Below the pieces are notes generated by a model. That model saw nothing but the letters and a program-made list of their open reading frames with translations. It had not been told where the DNA came from and made no database searches. The translations under genes and the position numbers were made by a program. From the NCBI GenBank assembly GCA_963848135.1, contig CAWKCK010000017.1:496001-560000 (forward strand): 64,000 nt of DNA, written 5' to 3'. The DNA comes from an uncultured delta proteobacterium. GTDB taxonomy: Bacteria; Desulfobacterota; Desulfobacteria; Desulfobacterales; SG8-13. Below are positions 58,600 through 64,000 of the stretch, piece after piece (the stretch's first letter is position 1; the number at the start of each line of letters is the position of its first letter).

Positions 58600-60180
58600 T
58601 TAACGACTGAAGTAACGACTGAAGTAACGACTGAAGTAACGACTGAAGTAACGACGCTTCCGATCATAGCGTTTTTCGCGCTTGTCATCGTCTTCATATT
58701 TGTCATCATCGTCATCATCTTCTTCTTCTCTGCCTTCTTTATATTTATCGTCGTCTTCTTCATCTTCCTCTTCGTCGTCTTCGACTTCACCTTCGTCATC
58801 GTCACCGCGGGGAGGTGTGATAACCGGCGGCGGTTCAATGGTGCAGTCTGCTGCGCAGCCGTCACCATTGGTATTGTTGCCGTCATCGCACGCTTCGCCG
58901 GTATCGAGGCTGCCATTACCGCAGGTCAGCTCAATAATGCAGTCTGACGTGCAGCCGTCACCATTGGCATTGTTGCCATCATCGCACTGCTCGCCGGCAT
59001 CTTGGGTGCCATCACCGCAGAAAGGCTCAGGATCAGGCGAACTCTCAGTGGTACAATCTGACGCACAACCGTCGCCATTGGCATTATTGCCGTCATCGCA
59101 CTGCTCGCCGGCATCTTGGGTGCCATCACCGCAGAAAGGCTCAGGATCAGGCGAACTCTCAGTGGTACAATCTGACGCACAACCGTCGTCATTGGCATTA
59201 TTGCCGTCATCGCACTGCTCGCCGGCATCCTGGTTGCCGTCACCGCAGAAAGGCGCAGGCGCAGGCGGACTCTCAATGGTACAGTCTGCCGCACAACCGT
59301 CGCCGTTGGCGTTGTTGCCGTCATCGCACTGCTCGAGGGGATCCACGGTGTTATCACCACAGAAAGGATCAATGGTGCATGCCGAGCAACCGTCGCCGTC
59401 CATAGTGTTGCCGTCATCACACTCTTCACCAGAATCTTGGTTTCCATCACCGCAGAAAGGCTCAATGGTGCAGTCTGCCGCACAACCGTCGCCATTGGCG
59501 TTGTTGCCGTCATCGCACTGCTCGAGGGGATCCACGGTGTTATCACCACAGAAAGGATCAATGGTGCATGCCGAGCAACCGTCGCCGTCCATAGTGTTGC
59601 CGTCATCACACTCTTCGCCAGAATCTTGGTTTCCATCACCGCAGAAAGGCTCAATGGTGCAGTCTGCCGCGCAACCGTCGCCATTGGCGTTGTTGCCGTC
59701 ATCACACTGCTCGCCGGGATCCACGTCCCCATCACCGCAAAAAGGATCAATGGTGCAGTCTGACGCGCAGCCGTCGCCATTGGTGTTGTTGCCGTCATCA
59801 CACTCTTCACCGGGATCCTGGTTGCCATCACCACAGAAAGGTTCGATTACGGGGGTATCCAACGAATCGCCTGGAAAGGTTCCTGCCATAATTTCCTCTA
59901 TGTTAGTGAATCCATCGCCATCAGAATCGATATCCTCTATGTTTATGAAATTCCCAGCGAAATCATTTCCATAAGGATTTTCTCCTCCTGTGCCCTCAGT
60001 ATCGGGGTCCTGATTATTGTGGCAGGTGATGCAACTGCCTAGCGCGGTACCACCGTTTGTTCCGGCAGTCCCGTATTCGGTGTTAAACATATTGGTATAG
60101 GGGGTAAAAGCACCTGCTATACTGGGGATAAAAGCCACCAGCGCCATCATACACATTAAAAGAATTGAAATTCTCCTCAT
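58600..60180 (-). CDS. Secreted protein with one CxxCH domain, 10 Myxococcus-type Cys-rich (DUF4215-like) repeats and an acidic/basic tail; start corrected to ATG 60180
   Basis: Signal peptide MRRISILL..., CITCH, DSDGDGFTNIEEI; ten CG(D/N).....E.CDDGN...DGC..CT/CI units; RBS AGGAG. Confidence 0.88.
   Translation of the reverse strand: MRRISILLMCMMALVAFIPSIAGAFTPYTNMFNTEYGTAGTNGGTALGSCITCHNNQDPDTEGTGGENPYGNDFAGNFINIEDIDSDGDGFTNIEEIMAGTFPGDSLDTPVIEPFCGDGNQDPGEECDDGNNTNGDGCASDCTIDPFCGDGDVDPGEQCDDGNNANGDGCAADCTIEPFCGDGNQDSGEECDDGNTMDGDGCSACTIDPFCGDNTVDPLEQCDDGNNANGDGCAADCTIEPFCGDGNQDSGEECDDGNTMDGDGCSACTIDPFCGDNTVDPLEQCDDGNNANGDGCAADCTIESPPAPAPFCGDGNQDAGEQCDDGNNANDDGCASDCTTESSPDPEPFCGDGTQDAGEQCDDGNNANGDGCASDCTTESSPDPEPFCGDGTQDAGEQCDDGNNANGDGCTSDCIIELTCGNGSLDTGEACDDGNNTNGDGCAADCTIEPPPVITPPRGDDDEGEVEDDEEEDEEDDDKYKEGREEEDDDDDDKYEDDDKREKRYDRKRRYFSRYFSRYFSRYFSR
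58601..58655. repeat. 12-bp tandem repeat (TAACGACTGAAG x4 plus 7 nt) encoding the (YFSR)4 C-terminus
   Basis: Perfect units at 58601, 58613, 58625 and 58637. Confidence 0.95.
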
Positions 60181-60272
60181 TTGACTCTCCTTTTTTAATT
60201 CGTTTAACAATTAATCTTGAATTCAGAATCGAACCTGAAACTCGGGTGACTATTTATATGTTGCTTTGTCTA

Positions 60273-60288
60273 TACAAAATTAATGCCA
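60273..60288 (-). promoter_or_regulatory. Putative sigma-54 (-24/-12) promoter
   Basis: Minus strand TGGCATTAATTTTGTA (GG-N10-GT variant), 92 nt upstream of ATG 60180. Confidence 0.45.
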
Positions 60289-60963
60289 AATGGCGGGGCC
60301 ACACTTTGAGGGATTTCCCACCACGATCAAAACCATCTCTAAGGGATCAAATCATCGATTTGGATATAGGGGAATAGATTGGGTCTCGGTGGGACCGGGG
60401 TTTGTTTTACCCTGTGATAATGGTGGGTTGTACTGACCCAATATCATATGCAGGAGCAAAAATCAGGCCATCACGGCCGACATGCACATTGCCGGTAAAC
60501 AGGCAAATTGGGTCGTTCGAGGATCACTGTTGAGGAGACCTTTGCGGAGGATTATTGGCCGCGTGGTCGGTCGGTGTAGGATTTTTCATATTCTATATTT
60601 TACGGAATATTGGCATGTTACCAACCAGTTCAAAATGCGAATTTCCCCAAGTGAAGGAAATGCCCAACAATTATCCAGCGAAGCAACGGCTGGTCGATAA
60701 AATTTGAAATAAAAAGAAAGCGAATGGCCATTCTTTCTCAGGGCTTCCTCCGTAACCGCAGCATCTATTGGTCGTGTGGCGTCCGCATATTTTTTGATTC
60801 GCAGCGCTGCACTGGATCAGGGCACTGTCATGTTGTTAAATACTTTATGGGGATTGTGATGTGGTGGTATCGATGATATGGGGTCCGCTGAACCGCCTGA
60901 ACCCCAAACACTGGTTCTATAGCAAGTGAAACATATTCTTAAATAATTGATAAGACCTTAAGC

Positions 60964-62049
60964 ATGACCATTTCAAGTATGCAAAACCGTATCGCCCGCC
61001 GTTCACGTCGCCGGCACGAACCGGCCTGGCAGGACCTGATGGCGGAAAGCGTGACCTCGGTTGAGGCGTTGTCCCGGCACCTCGATATCGACCGCCGGGA
61101 AACGGAGGCCGTGATCCGGCGCTATCCGATGCGGATCAACCCGTACTATCTCTCCCTGATTGAAAAAAAGGGCGGACCACTCTGGCTTCAGGCAGTGCCG
61201 GATATCCGCGAAATTCAGAAAGACCCTTTCAGCGACGATCCGCAGCAGGAATCCGTCCATTCGCCGGTGCCCAACCTTGTTCACCGTTATCCGGACCGGG
61301 CGCTGTTCATCGTTTCCAACCGCTGCGCGCTGCACTGCCGGCATTGTTTTCGCAAGCGCATGGTCGGGCTATCCGACATCGTTACCCCGGCAACCCGCGA
61401 CCAGGGGCTGGACTACATCCGCAACACTCTGGCGGTAAGAGAAGTCATTCTATCCGGCGGCGATCCGCTTCTGCTGGAAGACCGCCAACTGGACGATATC
61501 CTGAAACGCCTCCGGGCCATCCGTCACGTCGAGATCATCCGCATTCACTCGCGGGTGCCGTGTACCCTGCCCCAACGCATCACACCGGCACTGGCCGCCC
61601 TGCTGAAACGCTTTCACCCGCTCTATCTCAACACCCAGTTCAATCATCCGGCCGAGATCACGCCGCAGGCGACAGCGGCTTGCACCCTTCTGGCAGACGC
61701 CGGTATACCCTTGGGCTGCCAGACCGTCCTGCTGAAAGGCGTCAACGACACCCCGGATACCATGCAGCGCCTGCTGCAAACCCTTCTGAAGATCAGGGTC
61801 AAACCCTACTACCTTCACCACGCCGACCCCGTCAAAGGCACGGCCCACCTGCGGACGACCGTCGCCTGCGGCCTGGCCATCATGCAGGCCGTGCGATCGC
61901 AAGTGTCCGGTATGGCCATACCCCAGTACGTCATCGATCTGCCCGGCGGCGGTGGAAAAATACAGGTGCCGCCGACGGGTTACCCAGAGCGGCTTCAGGC
62001 CGACACCCGCATCATGGGCGATGGCGACCGGATTTCGAGCGGATTTTGA
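60964..62049 (+). CDS. KamA-family radical SAM protein (lysine 2,3-aminomutase-like)
   Basis: HRYPDR, CALHCRHCFRKR, SGGDPL, QTVLLKGVND, PLP-lysine motif GGGGKI. Confidence 0.9.
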   Translation: MTISSMQNRIARRSRRRHEPAWQDLMAESVTSVEALSRHLDIDRRETEAVIRRYPMRINPYYLSLIEKKGGPLWLQAVPDIREIQKDPFSDDPQQESVHSPVPNLVHRYPDRALFIVSNRCALHCRHCFRKRMVGLSDIVTPATRDQGLDYIRNTLAVREVILSGGDPLLLEDRQLDDILKRLRAIRHVEIIRIHSRVPCTLPQRITPALAALLKRFHPLYLNTQFNHPAEITPQATAACTLLADAGIPLGCQTVLLKGVNDTPDTMQRLLQTLLKIRVKPYYLHHADPVKGTAHLRTTVACGLAIMQAVRSQVSGMAIPQYVIDLPGGGGKIQVPPTGYPERLQADTRIMGDGDRISSGF

Positions 62050-63328
62050 CCGCATTAACGTGGGCGGTCAGACCCTCTGTTTCGGCCAAAAGGACGATGT
62101 CAGCGGCTTCCTTATTAAACGCGGCTTCTGAGTAGTGGATGATGCTGGTTTTTTTGACAAAGTGATCGACCGATAAAGCCGAAGAGAACCGGGCGGTCCC
62201 GGCGGTGGGCAACACGTGGTTGGGACCGGCAACATAATCGCCGACCGGTTCCGGTGTATAGGGACCGAGAAAGACGGCGCCGGCATTTCGAATCCGACCC
62301 AGGTAGGCGAACGGCTCCTGGAGCTGCAATTCCAGGTGCTCCGGCGCGATCCGGTTGGCCAATTCAACCGCCACATCGAGACTATCGACCACCAGAATCG
62401 CCCCATAACTGGCAAGGGATGCCTGGGCGATTTCTCGCCGCGCCAGGGCTTTAAGCTGGGTGCCGAGCGCCTTTGCCACCCCGGCAGCCACCTCCCGGCT
62501 GTCGGTGATCAATACCGCCGAGGCCAGAATGTCGTGTTCGGCCTGGGAAAGAAGATCGGCCGCCACGTAGCCAGGGTCGGCACTGGCGTCGGCGAGCACG
62601 AGGATCTCGCTGGGCCCGGCCACCATATCGATGCCGACTGTCCCGGCAACGATCTTCTTGGCCAGGGTGACATAAAGGTTTCCCGGACCGACGATCACGT
62701 CGACACTTTTCACCGACTCTGTACCGTAAGTGAGCGCAGCGATGGCCCAGGCACTGCCGATTTTGTACACTTCGTTCACACCCGCTTTGCGTGCCGCCAC
62801 CAGAAGGTGCGGATTGACGCGGCCATCACGGGTCGGCGGGGTGACCATGACGATCCGCTCGACACCGGCAATTTTCGCCGGGATGACACCCATTAGTACA
62901 GAAGAAACCAGCGGCGTGGTCCCGCCCTTGCCGCCGGGTACATATACCCCCGAGGCCTGAACCGGATTCACCATCTGGCCGACCATGGTCCCCGGCCGAT
63001 CGGTCTGAATCCACGATTTCGGCGATTGCAGCCGGTGAAAAGACGTGATCTGATCGGCAGCGCGATTCATCGCCCTCCGGAACGATGCGTCCACCTGCCG
63101 GGCCGCACCTTTGAACTCCGCCTCAGTGACAGCCAGTTGTCCAATCGTCATGCTCGGCGCGTCAAACTGGTTGATGTATTTGATCAAAGCGCGGTCACCG
63201 TTCTTGCGGACGTCCTCCAGAATGCGGGTCACGGCAAGAATATCTTTTTTCCTGAAACTCATGCCGCGATTGACAATCGCCGTCAGTTTTCTCTCTGCGG
63301 GCGCTGACGGATAAGCGTAGATTTTCAT
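62012..63328 (-). CDS. hisD: Histidinol dehydrogenase
   Basis: GVYVPGG, GPGNLYV, IDMVAGPSE, SQAEHD, APEHLE, GDYVAGPNHVLPT. Confidence 0.96.
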   Translation of the reverse strand: MKIYAYPSAPAERKLTAIVNRGMSFRKKDILAVTRILEDVRKNGDRALIKYINQFDAPSMTIGQLAVTEAEFKGAARQVDASFRRAMNRAADQITSFHRLQSPKSWIQTDRPGTMVGQMVNPVQASGVYVPGGKGGTTPLVSSVLMGVIPAKIAGVERIVMVTPPTRDGRVNPHLLVAARKAGVNEVYKIGSAWAIAALTYGTESVKSVDVIVGPGNLYVTLAKKIVAGTVGIDMVAGPSEILVLADASADPGYVAADLLSQAEHDILASAVLITDSREVAAGVAKALGTQLKALARREIAQASLASYGAILVVDSLDVAVELANRIAPEHLELQLQEPFAYLGRIRNAGAVFLGPYTPEPVGDYVAGPNHVLPTAGTARFSSALSVDHFVKKTSIIHYSEAAFNKEAADIVLLAETEGLTAHVNAVKIRSKSGRHRP

Positions 63329-63544
63329 TCAGGTGCCTTTCTATGCGGGATAGGCGCTACGAGTGTACACAAGCTCCGTTTTTATTCATTCAAATCCTGT
63401 TTGTCAACGGTTCGTGCCCGGCAGCAACCCATTCGCGATCCGGTTCTATCCGCGTACTCGGCTGTGCGATCCTTCTGCTGTGTGTTACGGCTGTTTTCAT
63501 AAATAGTGTCCGTCCATAAGATGAGAGGGTGTGTGCGTAAGTAG

Positions 63545-63683
63545 AAAACCCCCCAGTTCCCCCTTTGGCAAAGGGGGAACTGGAAATGACCCGAAGCGGT
63601 TTCAACACAGCCTTTGCTTCAAGAAGGGATGCCGGTGTGTGAGCGTTCCCCCTCTTTTTTGAAAGGGTGGGCAGGGGGGATTT
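63545..63683. repeat. Inverted pair of REP-like C5/G5 units
   Basis: AAAACCCCCCAGTTCCCCCTTTGGCAAAGGGGGAACTGG ... TTCCCCCTCTTTTTTGAAAGGGTGGGCAGGGGGGATTT. Confidence 0.55.
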
Positions 63684-63879
63684 AAAAAATACACCACTCT
63701 GAATACTATTCTGGCACTCAGTATAGTCGTCTGCAGCACATGAGGCCCGGCCCGAAGATAATGAACATTTACCCAAAATCGGGTTGACATCCGCAAGGTG
63801 TTCGGTGCAAATAAGTAGCTCGAATATTCCCGGTTTAACCACCGCCCGCAAGAACACTTCAGATCACGTGGAGGAAAGC

Positions 63880-64000
63880 ATGACGTTAAAAAGGATTTAC
63901 AATTTCAATGCCGGCCCGGCCGCGCTGCCCCTGGAAGTGCTCGCAGAAATACAGGCCAAATTCCTCGACTACGACGGATCAGGGATGTCCATTACTGAAA
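63880..64000 (+). CDS. serC: Phosphoserine aminotransferase, 3'-truncated by the window edge
   Basis: GGAGG RBS then [40 protein letters not shown]. Confidence 0.9.
   Translation, partial: MTLKRIYNFNAGPAALPLEVLAEIQAKFLDYDGSGMSITE

Noticed and set aside
58601..58655. Short repeats as a possible CRISPR array
   Set aside because: Head-to-tail 12-mers with no spacers, inside a CDS; no cas genes.
58682..59974. 430-aa plus-strand ORF and 302-aa alternate-frame ORF (58926-59834)
   Set aside because: Shadows of the repeat gene: repetitive codon usage removes stops; Ser-rich translation with no RBS or family motif.
60400..60960. Long intergenic region before KamA as a possible lysine or c-di-GMP riboswitch
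   Set aside because: Consensus elements not found by eye; an Rfam/Infernal scan would be decisive.

Overview
Bacterial chromosomal window, most likely from a Desulfobacterales-like deltaproteobacterium (inferred from gene content and repeat families, not from a search). Layout: (1) 1-13.7 kb, the 3' part of an AT-rich exopolysaccharide cluster (export protein, triple-repeat lipoprotein, GT4, methyltransferase, flippase, O-acyltransferase, Wzy/ligase, WecB/TagA, priming transferase) with an ISL3 remnant and a methyltransferase deletion-fusion, followed by an ExeA-like ATPase. (2) 13.8-19.9 kb, a minus-strand operon joining an octaheme HAO-family cytochrome to a MacB/FtsX-type ABC transporter and a CrtC/AttH-like protein. 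(3) 20-29.4 kb, mixed genes (DMT, Zn-finger J-domain, DHH, sixA, PilZ, oxidoreductase, USP, S8 protease). (4) 29.7-46.3 kb, an accessory patchwork with an intact IS1595-family element, degenerate integron attC-like sites with no integrase in the window, a 58-bp direct repeat, a cupin pseudogene and a 28-Cys secreted protein frameshifted in an A8 run. (5) 47.3-56.3 kb, a fatty-acid beta-oxidation electron-transfer regulon (FeS/heme-b oxidoreductase-etfBA, fadD, acyl-CoA dehydrogenase, and a FadR-like TetR with two palindromic operators and an apparent ATC start). (6) 56.7-64 kb, a VKOR-DsbA fusion facing a heme-motif, 10-repeat Cys-rich protein, then a KamA-family enzyme, hisD and the start of serC. 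Several miniature inverted-repeat families lie in intergenic DNA. No rRNA, tRNA or CRISPR array was seen.
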